Source: Candidatus Kerfeldbacteria bacterium
GTDB taxonomy: Bacteria > Patescibacteriota > Patescibacteriia > SBBC01 > CAIJZX01
Length of the DNA stretch: 64,000 bases
Reading direction: 5' to 3'
NCBI GenBank assembly: GCA_903825245.1
Contig: CAIJZX010000012.1
Span: 76,059-140,058 of the forward strand
Both the position numbers and the translations under genes were made by a program. The first letter of the stretch is position 1; each line of letters begins with the position of its first letter. Below the pieces are notes generated by a model. That model worked only from the letters and a program-made list of their open reading frames with translations, searched no databases and was not told the origin of the DNA. This document shows, one piece after another, positions 37,271 to 48,011 of this stretch.

Positions 37271-38446
37271 TTACTTTGTGAAGGTGGAGAGAATTGTGTT
37301 GTAAGTACTATATGAATCTGGGACATCTTGTGTCCAGCTAACAACAATGTAGGAGCTACCGGTCTTAAAAAAGGTTGCTACTTCAGCTCCGGCATAACTA
37401 CAGCCTTCAACTTGTTGTGGACGCTCTTCCCCGGCAACAGTCACATTTGTATGGGACGTCAGACAGGAATCTGACGGATAAAGAGTATTTTTCGTCTTTA
37501 CTACAACCATTGGTGTTGAATACATTTTACCTGAAGTACTTTTACCACTGAAAGTAACATTCGCATCAGTCTTGACAACATTCCAATCAGCTGGGTATTT
37601 CAATGTGTATGAATTATCGGTACTCGTATACGTCTTCCAATCGGCGGTTGGGGAGGTAAAGGAAAAGGTTGCAGCTATACTTTTCCAAATGTCTACGTTT
37701 TTTGTCGCTTTCCCTATAGCACCATCGAGCGGCGCTCCAGAACTGAAATTTAATTCGACAACTTGGTTTTTGTCAGTGTTAATGAAAAGAATACTATTTG
37801 TTAAAGCACCCATATCGCCGATACCGGTAATTGAACCGGTTGCATTAACACCAGAAATCGTTTTGAGTTGTGCATCGTGCATAGCGGTTGCTCCTTCGGC
37901 TACCCAGAAATCTTTTGTAGTTGCGTGGTAAACATAGATTGATCCACCCGGCGGATCGTTATAGGCGTATTTATTTAAAGGAAAGACATTAACCGTTAAA
38001 CCGGGATATTCGGCTTCGGTTACTGGATTTACTTTAAACGTTGCAAGTGCGGTTAGCGTACCTGATTCAGAAACCACTCCAGTACTACTTTCGACATAAC
38101 CAGTTTGTTGTTGGGTTGTTGTCGGGATGATAGTGCTATAGCCCTTTGGATAGCTGAACGAAAACTCATAGGTCGAATTCGAATACGCCTTCCAATCCTT
38201 AGTTACATCAGAGACACTGTTCGTATTTGTGGCCGAATTCGTGTTAGCGGTTACGTTTGTATTTACCACAGTATTGGCATTCGCCGTCGTATTCGTCGCT
38301 TTATGCACCACCACTGGCGTTACAGTATCCTCACTTTTTGTCGGCCATTGCGAATAGGCAAAAACACCGACTAAAGCGGACATGGATAAGATAACCGCCA
38401 CGACCGGAATAAGGTGGCTCGGTTGTTTTGGTTTCGGATCGGTCAT
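37271..38446 (-). CDS. Membrane-anchored surface protein with two PsbP-like domains, paralog B
   Basis: Same N-terminus as paralog A; DWKAYSN..YEFSFSYP and DWKTYTS....YTLKYP. Confidence 0.75.
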   Translation of the reverse strand: MTDPKPKQPSHLIPVVAVILSMSALVGVFAYSQWPTKSEDTVTPVVVHKATNTTANANTVVNTNVTANTNSATNTNSVSDVTKDWKAYSNSTYEFSFSYPKGYSTIIPTTTQQQTGYVESSTGVVSESGTLTALATFKVNPVTEAEYPGLTVNVFPLNKYAYNDPPGGSIYVYHATTKDFWVAEGATAMHDAQLKTISGVNATGSITGIGDMGALTNSILFINTDKNQVVELNFSSGAPLDGAIGKATKNVDIWKSIAATFSFTSPTADWKTYTSTDNSYTLKYPADWNVVKTDANVTFSGKSTSGKMYSTPMVVVKTKNTLYPSDSCLTSHTNVTVAGEERPQQVEGCSYAGAEVATFFKTGSSYIVVSWTQDVPDSYSTYNTILSTFTK

Positions 38447-38521
38447 AGGTTTTTCTCTTAGTTTTTTGTATTTTCAGAATAGCACAAAACCGCCTATAAG
38501 GCTACATCAGCTCCGTTCGCC

Positions 38522-38830
38522 TTAGGCGTTAATCTTGGTAATCGTGACCGTCGTCTGGAGTTGGCGATGGCCGAATTTTCGATGGTAACGGACTTTATTG
38601 TGGAACTTTACGCCGGTCACTTTCTCATGGCGGTCATGGTTCAACACCGTACCTTCAACGGTCACACCCTTCAGCTTCGGATCGCCGAGTGTCGCTTCGG
38701 TTTCTCCAGTCAGCAAGACATCGTCAAAGACGACCTTTTTTCCGGCCTCAACATCGAGCTTTTCGATGGTGATTGTTTGGTTAGCGGTGACGAAGTATTG
38801 CTTGCCACCTGTGCGTATAACTGCGTACAT
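38522..38830 (-). CDS. rplU: 50S ribosomal protein bL21
   Basis: MYAVIRTGGKQY...GHRQ. Confidence 0.97.
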   Translation of the reverse strand: MYAVIRTGGKQYFVTANQTITIEKLDVEAGKKVVFDDVLLTGETEATLGDPKLKGVTVEGTVLNHDRHEKVTGVKFHNKVRYHRKFGHRQLQTTVTITKINA

Positions 38831-38975
38831 AGGAAAATAGGAAAAGTAGTGCCCCGACAGTGTACCGGATTCGCTATTGACTGTCAACCCAGCACTACAA
38901 TAGTGCACTCCAAATATGGTGAATAAGCAAATAATGCACTAGAAAAGGAAAAATAGTCCACTAAAGTGGTTTTTT

Positions 38976-39518
38976 CTATTGTAGTGCTGGGTCAACCCCT
39001 GTATTGACCGTCTGGTGATTCGTGACCACATCAACCCTGGCCACATCCCCGACTTGGATCCCATGGCGTTGGATAAACCCACTCGATACTTCGAGAACAC
39101 CATCCACCTGGACGTCAGGCTGGATGATCGGTAAGTCGGTTGAAGTTGGGTTCGAGGGTGGTGGAACATCGGCTTCTACTTCCACAACCTGGCCGTTATT
39201 CAACCAAATGAAGTCTAATGGAATCAACATACCTTTCATCCAAAAAGACGGGCGCTCCGGCGTAGGATACTGCCAGTACATTCCCTCGTTATCGTTCAAT
39301 AATCTGCGTCCGCCAAGCCCAAGCTCCTGAGTGGCGCTCGTAGTCGGAATTTGTACGGTGATACTCGTATCAGAAAATTGAATACGAGCATGCGCGTAGC
39401 CTTGGGTATCAACATCCGACGTATTCGAGAATACGAGTTGTTTTTCATACGGCCAAAACAAGGCTACCACAAACAAGTAAAAGGCAGCCGCAACGATGAC
39501 AAACCAAAGCGATTTCAT
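38976..39518 (-). CDS. DUF192 family protein
   Basis: GLGGR, EGM, FWMKGMLIPLDFIW, VLEV..G. Confidence 0.9.
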   Translation of the reverse strand: MKSLWFVIVAAAFYLFVVALFWPYEKQLVFSNTSDVDTQGYAHARIQFSDTSITVQIPTTSATQELGLGGRRLLNDNEGMYWQYPTPERPSFWMKGMLIPLDFIWLNNGQVVEVEADVPPPSNPTSTDLPIIQPDVQVDGVLEVSSGFIQRHGIQVGDVARVDVVTNHQTVNTGVDPALQ

Positions 39519-40615
39519 GGGTTTATATTTTTACGATGTGCGATCCGATACATCACCCACCACACAAGCAATCCCATGACTACCAATAATGCACCGAGCA
39601 CTTCAATTTTTTGGATGCCGGTTACATATAATGTACTCATACCGAAGAGTGCCACTAAAACATACAGTGTGATAACACTCTGCCGTGTACTGAGCCCGGC
39701 ATCAAGCAATCGAAAATGTAAGTGCAATCGATCGGCGCTGGTGAATGGTGATTTTCCTGCTCGCAAGCGCTGAACAATTACCCACACCAGGTCGAGAATC
39801 GGTAACCCGAGGATGAGTAATGCCGTCGCTATTTTTCCGCCGGAAATAATCGACAGCGCCCCGAGCATAAATCCAATGTAAAGCGAACCACTTTCACCTA
39901 AAAATATTTTCGCCGGATACCAATTCCATACCAAAAACCCGGCACAGGCGCCGACTAAACTTAGTGCTAGTAACCCAACTCCGGTTTGACTCACTTCCGG
40001 CCGCAACGTCAACAGAAAAACAATGAGGGCGCCGATGACGCCAAAGCCGCTGACCAATCCATCGAGTCCGTCAAGAATCTTCGTCGTATACGATGATCCA
40101 AGTAACCACACGACGGTGAAGAGATCGGCCCACAGCGTCAGATGGTACGGCGTCGTGTGCCAGGTCAAGATGGTCCACTGCACCGTCGTTAACCGCAGTA
40201 AACCTCCGAACGGATTTGTGATATAGGCGACACCGATGCCTGAGGCACTGACTACGGCTACCGCCAGAACCATCCACCAAATTTGCTGTTTCGCCGATAA
40301 TTTCTTCTTATCATCAAGCACACCACCGAGGGCAATAATCAACCCGGCGATCATGAGTCCGATAATGTTTTTTTGTACGACATCTACACCAGAAAAATCG
40401 TGACGCCACAACAATACCCCCCACGTTATCCAGGTGCTCAGGATAATAGCTACTCCACCAAGTAGTGGTGTCGGTCGGGCATGGTATTTTCGGTCCGGTG
40501 CAATTGCCGGATCATCGATCACCCGCCACCGGCGAGCAAGATACATGACTAGCGGCGTTAACGCCGCCGCTGCCACAAGACTCACGGCTACGGACAGGAA
40601 TTGTGCGCCAGTCAT
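39515..40615 (-). CDS. Polyprenyl-phosphate GlcNAc-1-P transferase (WecA/TagO, MraY family)
   Basis: RKYH..PTPLLGG, GVLDD, LDGLDGL, NWYPAKIFLGESG, DRLHLHFRL. Confidence 0.9.
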   Translation of the reverse strand: MTGAQFLSVAVSLVAAAALTPLVMYLARRWRVIDDPAIAPDRKYHARPTPLLGGVAIILSTWITWGVLLWRHDFSGVDVVQKNIIGLMIAGLIIALGGVLDDKKKLSAKQQIWWMVLAVAVVSASGIGVAYITNPFGGLLRLTTVQWTILTWHTTPYHLTLWADLFTVVWLLGSSYTTKILDGLDGLVSGFGVIGALIVFLLTLRPEVSQTGVGLLALSLVGACAGFLVWNWYPAKIFLGESGSLYIGFMLGALSIISGGKIATALLILGLPILDLVWVIVQRLRAGKSPFTSADRLHLHFRLLDAGLSTRQSVITLYVLVALFGMSTLYVTGIQKIEVLGALLVVMGLLVWWVMYRIAHRKNINP

Positions 40616-41016
40616 GGCCGCTCACTCAAATACGATTCAAGCAGAAGCTGCGCAGCTAAACTATCTTCCTCTCCGCGTTGTAACTTCCGGCCGGCGCGCT
40701 GTTGTTCGCGCTGAACAGCTACACTAGTATTGCGCTCATCACGCTTGATAATCGGTACGGAACTCCGTTGTTTCCAGGCATCAATAAATTCTTGAACACG
40801 CGAACTTTGCTCACTATGACTGCCATTAGCGTGCATCGGCCATCCAACAATAATCGTTTCGATATGCTCAGCCGCAACAAGTGACAGTAATTCCGGCCAC
40901 GCTTCAGACCATAACGACACCAGGATTGCCGGACGCACAAACGCCATCCGCGTCTCCGAATCGCCGATCGCCAGACCGATTTTTTTCTCCCCGACATCTA
41001 TGGCCAGGACGCGCAT
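40612..41016 (-). CDS. ruvX: YqgF/RuvX family nuclease
   Basis: LAIDVGEKKIGLA, VGWP, DERNTS, DSLAAQLLLESYL. Confidence 0.92.
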   Translation of the reverse strand: MRVLAIDVGEKKIGLAIGDSETRMAFVRPAILVSLWSEAWPELLSLVAAEHIETIIVGWPMHANGSHSEQSSRVQEFIDAWKQRSSVPIIKRDERNTSVAVQREQQRAGRKLQRGEEDSLAAQLLLESYLSERP

Positions 41017-41020
41017 ACGT

Positions 41021-41770
41021 TTAGGGTTGAGTAATGATGTCGCACCCATTCTCCGTCACCAGAACTGTATGTTCGACATGCGCTGACGGCTGATGATCAG
41101 ACGTCACGACCGTCCAGCCGTCATCCAATGTTTCGACCTCAGCGGAACCAAGATTGACCATTGGTTCGATCGCTAAAACCATACCCGGCACGATCAGCGG
41201 TCCAGAATTTTTTCGGCCGACATTCGGAATCGCCGGAGCTTCATGAACCGTATATCCAAGACCATGGCCTGTGAGCTGGATAACGATTCCGTAGCCAAGT
41301 GGTTTTAAAAAATGTTCAATAGCAAAACCAATATCACCAATGTGATTCCCCGGCTTTACGGCTCGTAAGCCGATTCGTAACGCTTCTTCGCTATCGGTAA
41401 TAAGTTTTTTTATTGCTGGAGTGATAGTACCAACTGCCACCGTCCGCGCATGATCAGAAAATAGTCCCTGAAAATTCGTGCCGATATCTAGACCAATGAT
41501 ATCACCGTCTACTAGTACACGATTTCTTGACGGCATACCGTGCACCACTTCGTCGTTCACCGAGGTACACAAACCAAACGGATATCCTTCATATCCTTTA
41601 AACGCCGGTTTCCCACCAGCTGCGATAATCGTCGCTTCGGCGACAGCGTTCAGTTCGGCCGTGGTCACACCAGGTTTGACGATTGCCACCACTGCCTCGA
41701 GCGCTTGCGCCGAGATGCGGCCACTCGTCCGGAGCTTGTTTACTTCGTCGACAGTTGTGATGATAGCCAT
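41021..41770 (-). CDS. map: Methionine aminopeptidase type I
   Basis: CTSVNDEVVHG, GHGLG..HE.P, AIEPM, SAHVEHT. Confidence 0.97.
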   Translation of the reverse strand: MAIITTVDEVNKLRTSGRISAQALEAVVAIVKPGVTTAELNAVAEATIIAAGGKPAFKGYEGYPFGLCTSVNDEVVHGMPSRNRVLVDGDIIGLDIGTNFQGLFSDHARTVAVGTITPAIKKLITDSEEALRIGLRAVKPGNHIGDIGFAIEHFLKPLGYGIVIQLTGHGLGYTVHEAPAIPNVGRKNSGPLIVPGMVLAIEPMVNLGSAEVETLDDGWTVVTSDHQPSAHVEHTVLVTENGCDIITQP

Positions 41771-42414
41771 GGCAATCGTTTCAATTTTTTGAGCACTTCA
41801 CGGTAGACGACCGCAATTGGTTTCGAGGCATCGATTTCTACTACCAAACCTTTTTGTCGATACCAGGAAATAACGGGTTCTGTACGCGCATGAAAAATTC
41901 GTAAGCGTTTGCGGATCGCCGTCGGTGTATCATCAGCACGCTGTTTCAACGGCAGTCCGTCATGATCGCAATGACCGCGTTTCTTTTTCGGCGGGTCATG
42001 GCGCAAATGGTAAATATGCCCCTGCGGACAAACGCGACGCCCTGATAATCTTTTGATCGCGTCTTTATCGCGAAAATGTAGTTCAATCACCACGTTCGGC
42101 TTTCCAAACACATGAAATGGTTTTGCTTGTTCAATGGAGCGCGGATAGCCGTCCACAATCCAACCGTTACTGCAATCCGTTTGGCGGAGGCGATTCCGCA
42201 TCACAGCATTCGTCATGTGGTCAGGAATCATCTGGCCGCCATCAATAATGGCGCCGATTTTTTTCCCTAACGCCGTTTTCCGCGCCACGTTATCGCGCAA
42301 GATGTCACCGGTAGAAATATGAGGAATGTGCAATCGGTGCATCAAACGACCGGCTTGTGTCCCCTTACCAGCTCCTTGGGCACCGAGAATAACGATTCGT
42401 GGCGTCTGTTTCAT
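41740..42414 (-). CDS. adk: Adenylate kinase
   Basis: GAQGAGKGTQ, HISTGDILR, DGYPR, LID domain. Confidence 0.95.
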   Translation of the reverse strand: MKQTPRIVILGAQGAGKGTQAGRLMHRLHIPHISTGDILRDNVARKTALGKKIGAIIDGGQMIPDHMTNAVMRNRLRQTDCSNGWIVDGYPRSIEQAKPFHVFGKPNVVIELHFRDKDAIKRLSGRRVCPQGHIYHLRHDPPKKKRGHCDHDGLPLKQRADDTPTAIRKRLRIFHARTEPVISWYRQKGLVVEIDASKPIAVVYREVLKKLKRLPWLSSQLSTK

Positions 42415-42471
42415 AACGTTATGAGTATACCGAAAAAACACGGATTTGGCGAACCGTATTGAAGATACTGA

Positions 42472-43749
42472 TTAAAAACCTTCGTAATCACGGACGATAA
42501 GTTGTGATTCTATTTGCTTGACAGTTTCGATGACCACGCTGACCACAATCAACAATGATGTACCGCCGACAATGAGTGTGGTGACACCGGTAAAACGTTG
42601 CACGAGATTCGGCAAGATGGCGATCACGCCGAGGAAGAACGCGCCAGCTAACATGATTCGATTGGTAACGTAACCAAGGTAATCAGCGGTTTGCTTGCCA
42701 GGGCGAATACCAGGAATAAAGCCGCCCTGTTTCTGCAAATTTTCGGCGATTTGCGTTGGTTGGAAAACCACCGCCGTGTAGAAATATGTGAAGGAAAACA
42801 CTAACACGAAGTACAGTGTGTCATACAACCAACCACCCTGCTGAAATAGGCGCAGTGTTGTTGACGCAAAATGTTGCAGCCAGAGAATATGCGAATTCAC
42901 AAAGAATTGTGATACTAACGACGGCATTAAAACAATCGACACGGCGAAGATAATCGGGATCACGCCGGCTTGGTTTACCCTGAGCGGCAAGAATGTATCC
43001 GAACCGCCGACTAACTGCGAACCGCGAATTCGGCGGGCATAGGACACCGGAATTTTTCGCACCGCCTCGGTCACGAAGACCACACCAAATATTGTGACAA
43101 TGGCCATTCCGGCGAAAATCAGTGTCTGCACTAACTTACTACTATCGAAGACCGCCACCGTTTGTTGCAACTGTGTTGGAACGCGAGCCACAATTCCGGC
43201 GAAAATCATCAGCGAAATACCATTCCCAATCTTCTTTTCCGAAATCAATTCCCCTAACCACATCAGGAATACCGTTCCGGCGGTGATGGTAATCAATGCT
43301 GTCACGAATTGGTAGGCCGTCATGTTCGGTAAAATAGCCGCACTAGAACGACGAATGAGCGTGATAGTACCGAAACCTTGTAAGGCTGCTAATGGCACAG
43401 CGAGGTATCGCGTCCATTGATTAATTTTTTCCTGCCCGCGCTCGCCTTCTTTTTGTATTCGTTCCAACGATGGAATAATCATCGTTAAGAGTTGGAAAAT
43501 AATTGAAGCCGTAATGTACGGACCAACACCAAGCATGACTACGGAGAAGGTATCATAGCCGCCGCCAGAAAAGACGTTCAATAACCCGAGGAATTGATTC
43601 GAGGCGAAAAAGTTTTTCAGGGCCGCGATGTTCACGCCCGGTACCGGAATATGGGCGGCGGCGCGGAAAATTAACAACATCGCCAGAACAAACAGAATCT
43701 TGTTCCGAACTTCAGGTATCTTCCACACCAGTGAAAGTTTTTGCCACAT
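42472..43749 (-). CDS. secY: Preprotein translocase subunit SecY
   Basis: GVGPYITASII, GNGISL, GGFIPGIRPG. Confidence 0.98.
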   Translation of the reverse strand: MWQKLSLVWKIPEVRNKILFVLAMLLIFRAAAHIPVPGVNIAALKNFFASNQFLGLLNVFSGGGYDTFSVVMLGVGPYITASIIFQLLTMIIPSLERIQKEGERGQEKINQWTRYLAVPLAALQGFGTITLIRRSSAAILPNMTAYQFVTALITITAGTVFLMWLGELISEKKIGNGISLMIFAGIVARVPTQLQQTVAVFDSSKLVQTLIFAGMAIVTIFGVVFVTEAVRKIPVSYARRIRGSQLVGGSDTFLPLRVNQAGVIPIIFAVSIVLMPSLVSQFFVNSHILWLQHFASTTLRLFQQGGWLYDTLYFVLVFSFTYFYTAVVFQPTQIAENLQKQGGFIPGIRPGKQTADYLGYVTNRIMLAGAFFLGVIAILPNLVQRFTGVTTLIVGGTSLLIVVSVVIETVKQIESQLIVRDYEGF

Positions 43750-43763
43750 GGGCGTGTAGGTGT

Positions 43764-44249
43764 TTACGTTGTCGGCCGTTCACGCTTCGGCAGCGTTCGG
43801 GTCGGTTGAATCAATTGAATGACTGATCCGCCGGCTTTCGTGATTGCCTCAGCTGCGCCGTGCGAGAACTTCGTCGCTCGAACCGTCAGTTTCTTGGAAA
43901 TGGTACCGCTGGCGAGTACTTTGACACCAGGCCACGCGTTGGGGATAACGCCTAAACGGGCTAGTTCATTTGGTGTCACCTGCGCGCCATCAGCAAAGCT
44001 GTGCTGCAGTTGCGTCAACGTCACCACAAACAGTTTCGGCTTGTGACTGCGGAAACCGCGCGACTTCGGCGTCGGGAGAATCAACGACTTCAAACTACGT
44101 CGCGTTAATTTATTGCGGCCACCGGTTCGCGCGCGCTGACCTTTCGTTCCGCGACCAGCAGTCGTGCCTTTGCCTGAAGAATTGCCGCGACCGACGCGCT
44201 TGTACTTACCGCGGGTCGATGAGGCGCGAAGTGTGGAGAGTGTAATCAT
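43764..44249 (-). CDS. rplO: 50S ribosomal protein uL15
   Basis: RVGRG.SSGKGTTAGRG.KGQ. Confidence 0.96.
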   Translation of the reverse strand: MITLSTLRASSTRGKYKRVGRGNSSGKGTTAGRGTKGQRARTGGRNKLTRRSLKSLILPTPKSRGFRSHKPKLFVVTLTQLQHSFADGAQVTPNELARLGVIPNAWPGVKVLASGTISKKLTVRATKFSHGAAEAITKAGGSVIQLIQPTRTLPKRERPTT

Positions 44250-44779
44250 ACGGTTTTTCCTCGTCGTGCGGCCGCTTGTTCGCGTGTGCGCAGTTTCTGC
44301 AAAGCTTCCATTAAAGCATAGACGTTGTTAATCTTGTTCGATGATCCAAGAATTTTGCTGACCACGTTCTTGACGCCGGCCAGTTCCATAATCGCGCGAA
44401 CTGGTCCGCCGGCGATAACGCCACTTCCTTTCGGCGCTGGTTTCAACATCAAGTAGGCGCCGCCGTGCTTCATGAAAATAGTGTGCGGAATTGTATCATC
44501 AACGATCGGCACGCGAATCATTGTCTTTTTTGCCGCCGTAACTGCTTTTTGGATAGCATCAGAAACGTCCGATCCTTTAGCAATACCTAAACCAACCCGT
44601 CCTTTTTGGTCGCCAATAGCAACTGTCGCACGGAAACGCATGCGCTTACCGCCAGCGACCACGCGTGTCACGCGCGCTAAGTCGATGGTCTTTTGTTCAA
44701 ATTCACGTGGTTCACGCGGGCCACTCCGACGTCCTCGTCGTTGTCCGCCACCGCGCTGTTGTCCTGAAGGTAATGCCAT
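44246..44779 (-). CDS. rpsE: 30S ribosomal protein uS5
   Basis: RVTRVVAGGKRMRF, G.GVIAGG. Confidence 0.97.
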   Translation of the reverse strand: MALPSGQQRGGGQRRGRRSGPREPREFEQKTIDLARVTRVVAGGKRMRFRATVAIGDQKGRVGLGIAKGSDVSDAIQKAVTAAKKTMIRVPIVDDTIPHTIFMKHGGAYLMLKPAPKGSGVIAGGPVRAIMELAGVKNVVSKILGSSNKINNVYALMEALQKLRTREQAAARRGKTV

Positions 44780-44783
44780 AGAT

Positions 44784-45134
44784 TTAGAATGTCAGTCCGC
44801 CGGCTCGTGCGGCATCAGCTAAGGCCTTAATTCGGCCGTGGTATTGAAATCCACCGCGATCAAAAACGACGACGGTGATATTCTTTTCTTTGGCCTTGGC
44901 GGCAATCGCCGTACCAACGGCGGTCGCTAATTCCGTCTTTGTGCCTTTGGTCTTTAACGATCGATCCGTGACCGCTGCCAACGTCTTTCCTAAGGTATCA
45001 TCAACCAACTGCGCTTCAATATGCGCTAAACTCCGGAAAACAACGAGTCGCGGACGCGCCGACGTACCAGACATACGCGATCGGATACGAGCATGGCGAT
45101 TGGTTCGAGCGGATGATTGTGGTCGTGATGGCAT
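44784..45134 (-). CDS. rplR: 50S ribosomal protein uL18
   Basis: [21 protein letters not shown]. Confidence 0.97.
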   Translation of the reverse strand: MPSRPQSSARTNRHARIRSRMSGTSARPRLVVFRSLAHIEAQLVDDTLGKTLAAVTDRSLKTKGTKTELATAVGTAIAAKAKEKNITVVVFDRGGFQYHGRIKALADAARAGGLTF

Positions 45135-45142
45135 ATGCGTGA

Positions 45143-45694
45143 TTACTTGGCGCCAGCGGCTTTAACAACTTTACCGGCCTTACGGCGAATGACTTCATCA
45201 ATATACTTGATGCCTTTGCCTTTGTACGGCTCCGGCTTCTTCATGCGGCGGATGGTGGCCGCGGTTTCGCCAACCAATTGCTTATCAATACCGCTGATGG
45301 TAACAATATTTTTATCAACCGCGATCGTCGTTCCTTCCGGAATCGGAAAATCAATCGGATGGGAAAAACCGAGGTTCAAATGTAAACTCTTTCCGGTCAC
45401 TGCGGCCTTAAAACCGACACCGTTAATTTCCAATTTCTTTTCGTACCCGGTGGTCACACCAATAACCATGTTCGCTACCAACATTCGTGTTAATCCCCAC
45501 AGCGCCCGATCTGATTGCAAATCCGGATTGGAAACCGTTATGGTCAAGATGTCGTTCTCTTGGTGCACCTGAACGTGCGAGTGCGCCGTTAACGACAGGG
45601 CACCTTTTGGTCCTTTGACATCGACAGCTTGTCCGCTAAGCGTCACGGTGACGCCGGTCGGAATAGTGATAGGGAGTTTACCGATACGGGACAT
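45143..45694 (-). CDS. rplF: 50S ribosomal protein uL6
   Basis: [16 protein letters not shown]. Confidence 0.97.
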   Translation of the reverse strand: MSRIGKLPITIPTGVTVTLSGQAVDVKGPKGALSLTAHSHVQVHQENDILTITVSNPDLQSDRALWGLTRMLVANMVIGVTTGYEKKLEINGVGFKAAVTGKSLHLNLGFSHPIDFPIPEGTTIAVDKNIVTISGIDKQLVGETAATIRRMKKPEPYKGKGIKYIDEVIRRKAGKVVKAAGAK

Positions 45695-45700
45695 ACAGTT

Positions 45701-46084
45701 TTAGAATATTTCGCAAATAACTTCGCCGCCGAGTTTCGCTTTGCGCGCTTCGGCGCTGGTCATCAATCCTTTCGGCGTGGAAATGATTGCCGTACCGAGG
45801 TTATTGACGACATTCGGAAGATCGTGACGATTGACGTAGACGCGGCGACCCGGCTTGCTGATTCGCTTCAGGTCATTGATGACCGGCGTATTTGCTTCGT
45901 ACTTCAATAAAATTTTCAACTTGGTATTCTGTTCCAAAACCGCCAAGCCGGTTATCCAGCCTTCGCGCTCCAACACTGACGCTAACGCATACTTCAATTT
46001 TGCGTACGGCAGGATGACTTCGCGCTGGCCAGCGAGCTGGGCATTGCGAATTCGAGTGAGCATGTCTGCGATTGGATCGGTCAT
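45701..46084 (-). CDS. rpsH: 30S ribosomal protein uS8
   Basis: MTDPIADMLTRIRNA, SKPGRRVY. Confidence 0.97.
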   Translation of the reverse strand: MTDPIADMLTRIRNAQLAGQREVILPYAKLKYALASVLEREGWITGLAVLEQNTKLKILLKYEANTPVINDLKRISKPGRRVYVNRHDLPNVVNNLGTAIISTPKGLMTSAEARKAKLGGEVICEIF

Positions 46085-46097
46085 AGAGGGCAGTTCG

Positions 46098-46283
46098 TTA
46101 CCAAGAAGCTTTGTGGACGCCGGGCACGTCACCTTTATTGGCTAATTCCCGGAAACAGATACGGCACAGTTCAAAATCTCGAATGTATCCGCGTTTGCGG
46201 CCGCAGCGCCAGCATCGTCGAACGCGTCGCGTCGAAAATTTCGGTTTGCGCTTCGACTTTGCAATTTGTGCGGACGTAGCCAT
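46098..46283 (-). CDS. rpsN: 30S ribosomal protein uS14 (zinc-binding type)
   Basis: RCWRCGR...LCRICFRE. Confidence 0.96.
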   Translation of the reverse strand: MATSAQIAKSKRKPKFSTRRVRRCWRCGRKRGYIRDFELCRICFRELANKGDVPGVHKASW

Positions 46284-46285
46284 AG

Positions 46286-46831
46286 TTATATCGTGCTAAA
46301 AGGAAATCCCAAGTGTTTAAGTAAACTTTGTGCTAAAGGTTGGTCGTTTGTCGAAGTAACGATCGTAACCTCTAAACCGTGCAGGTGTTCGATTTCGTCG
46401 CTGCGGATTTCTGGAAAGACAATGTTTTCTTTAATGCCGATGGTAATCGAACCACTCTTACCCATCGAGGTCGCGGGAATACCGTGGAAGTCGCGGACGC
46501 GAGCTAAGGTGACATTCACGAACTTATCGAGGAATTCCCACATTCGTTCGCCGCGGAGGGTAACACTAGCGCCGATAACCATGCCCTGGCGGAGTTTGAA
46601 CGCAGCCACTGACTTCTTGGCCTTCGTTTTAACCGGATGTTGGCCGGAAATTCGTTCCAAGGTCAGCATGACGGTCTCTTCGTGTTTTGGATCCTTGAGG
46701 TGTTTACCAAAACCAACATTGAGCACAATTTTTTTGATCGTCGGCACAGCTAAGGTATTCGTTAATCCATATTGCTTTTTCAGCTCAGGAACAACGGTTT
46801 GACGGTAGAGTTGGTGGAGTCGAGAAATCAT
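46286..46831 (-). CDS. rplE: 50S ribosomal protein uL5
   Basis: ISGQ.P..TKAKKS..FKLR, RVRDF.G, FPEI. Confidence 0.97.
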   Translation of the reverse strand: MISRLHQLYRQTVVPELKKQYGLTNTLAVPTIKKIVLNVGFGKHLKDPKHEETVMLTLERISGQHPVKTKAKKSVAAFKLRQGMVIGASVTLRGERMWEFLDKFVNVTLARVRDFHGIPATSMGKSGSITIGIKENIVFPEIRSDEIEHLHGLEVTIVTSTNDQPLAQSLLKHLGFPFSTI

Positions 46832-46834
46832 GGG

Positions 46835-47152
46835 TTACGAGAGAGGTTCTTGAGAGACGATTGCTTTACGAACTTTTTTATCACCGACCATGGCTGATCC
46901 GACGCGGGTCGGCTTTCCCGATTTTGGATCAATCAACATCACATTCGAAAGATGGATTGGGCCATTGAACTGCACTCGTTGGCCGGATTCTTTTTCCTGC
47001 CGCGCCCGGACATTCTTGGTCATTTGGTTGACACCTTCAACCACGACGCGCCATTGCCCTGGGAATACCTGTAAGACCTTCCCCTTCTTGCCTTTGTCTT
47101 TGCCGCTCAGGATCAGGACTTGGTCGCCGGTTTTGATGCGTGGAGGTTTCAT
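46835..47152 (-). CDS. rplX: 50S ribosomal protein uL24
   Basis: GD.V.ILSGKDKGKKG, PIHLSNV. Confidence 0.96.
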   Translation of the reverse strand: MKPPRIKTGDQVLILSGKDKGKKGKVLQVFPGQWRVVVEGVNQMTKNVRARQEKESGQRVQFNGPIHLSNVMLIDPKSGKPTRVGSAMVGDKKVRKAIVSQEPLS

Positions 47153-47156
47153 AGCG

Positions 47157-47528
47157 TTACAATACTTCAGGTGCTAGTGATACAATCTTAGTAAAACCTT
47201 TAGCTTTTAATTCACGAGCTACCGGTCCAAAAATACGCGTGCCTTTTGGTTCTTTTGTCTTCGGGTCGACGATCACACCAGCATTTTCGCTGAAACGAAT
47301 GTAACTACCATCGCTGCGTCGGTACTCTTTTCGCTGACGGACAATAACCAAGTGAACCACGTCGCCTTTCTTGACCATGCCGTGTGGCGTGGCTTCTTTG
47401 ACTGAACCGGTAACGATGTCCCCGAGTTGGCCGTAGCGCTTCTTGTACCCGCCCCAAACACGGAAGACGGCGACGCGTTTGGCGCCTGTGTTATCGGCCG
47501 GTTTGAGAATGGATCGAAGTTGAATCAT
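47157..47528 (-). CDS. rplN: 50S ribosomal protein uL14
   Basis: [26 protein letters not shown]. Confidence 0.97.
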   Translation of the reverse strand: MIQLRSILKPADNTGAKRVAVFRVWGGYKKRYGQLGDIVTGSVKEATPHGMVKKGDVVHLVIVRQRKEYRRSDGSYIRFSENAGVIVDPKTKEPKGTRIFGPVARELKAKGFTKIVSLAPEVL

Positions 47529-47529
47529 A

Positions 47530-47775
47530 TTAGAGTTTCTTGATCACGCGCCATCGCTTGGTTGATGACATCGGACGGGTTTCTTCAATCATGACTTTGT
47601 CGCCGGTATGATAGGCTCCCGATTCGTCATGAGCGGCGAAACGCTTGCTGGTTTTCAATTTTTTTCCGTACAGCGGATGGCTCAACGTACGGTCGACGCG
47701 GACGACAACCGTCTTCGTCATTTTGTCGGAGACGACGGTGCCGGTGAGTTGTCGACGTTGCGGTAGTGTAGACAT
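47530..47775 (-). CDS. rpsQ: 30S ribosomal protein uS17
   Basis: [21 protein letters not shown]. Confidence 0.97.
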   Translation of the reverse strand: MSTLPQRRQLTGTVVSDKMTKTVVVRVDRTLSHPLYGKKLKTSKRFAAHDESGAYHTGDKVMIEETRPMSSTKRWRVIKKL

Positions 47776-47776
47776 A

Positions 47777-48007
47777 TTACGTAGTTGGAGTTGTTACCTT
47801 CGTTTCCTGTTGAGACGCGGTTATACCATCTTGCGTGCGCTTGGTCAAGAGACGGGCGATATCGCGCTTAATTTCTCGGATTTCCCGGACATCTTTGTGC
47901 TGTCCTTGCGCAACTTTGAATCGTCGATCGCGAAGCTGTTGATTTTTTTCCTGCAACAAACGATCAAGCTCCGTTTTCGATTTTTGCGTTATCTCTTTCC
48001 AATCCAT
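47777..48007 (-). CDS. rpmC: 50S ribosomal protein uL29
   Basis: Position in cluster; IREIKRDIARLLT. Confidence 0.93.
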   Translation of the reverse strand: MDWKEITQKSKTELDRLLQEKNQQLRDRRFKVAQGQHKDVREIREIKRDIARLLTKRTQDGITASQQETKVTTPTT

Positions 48008-48011
48008 AGCG

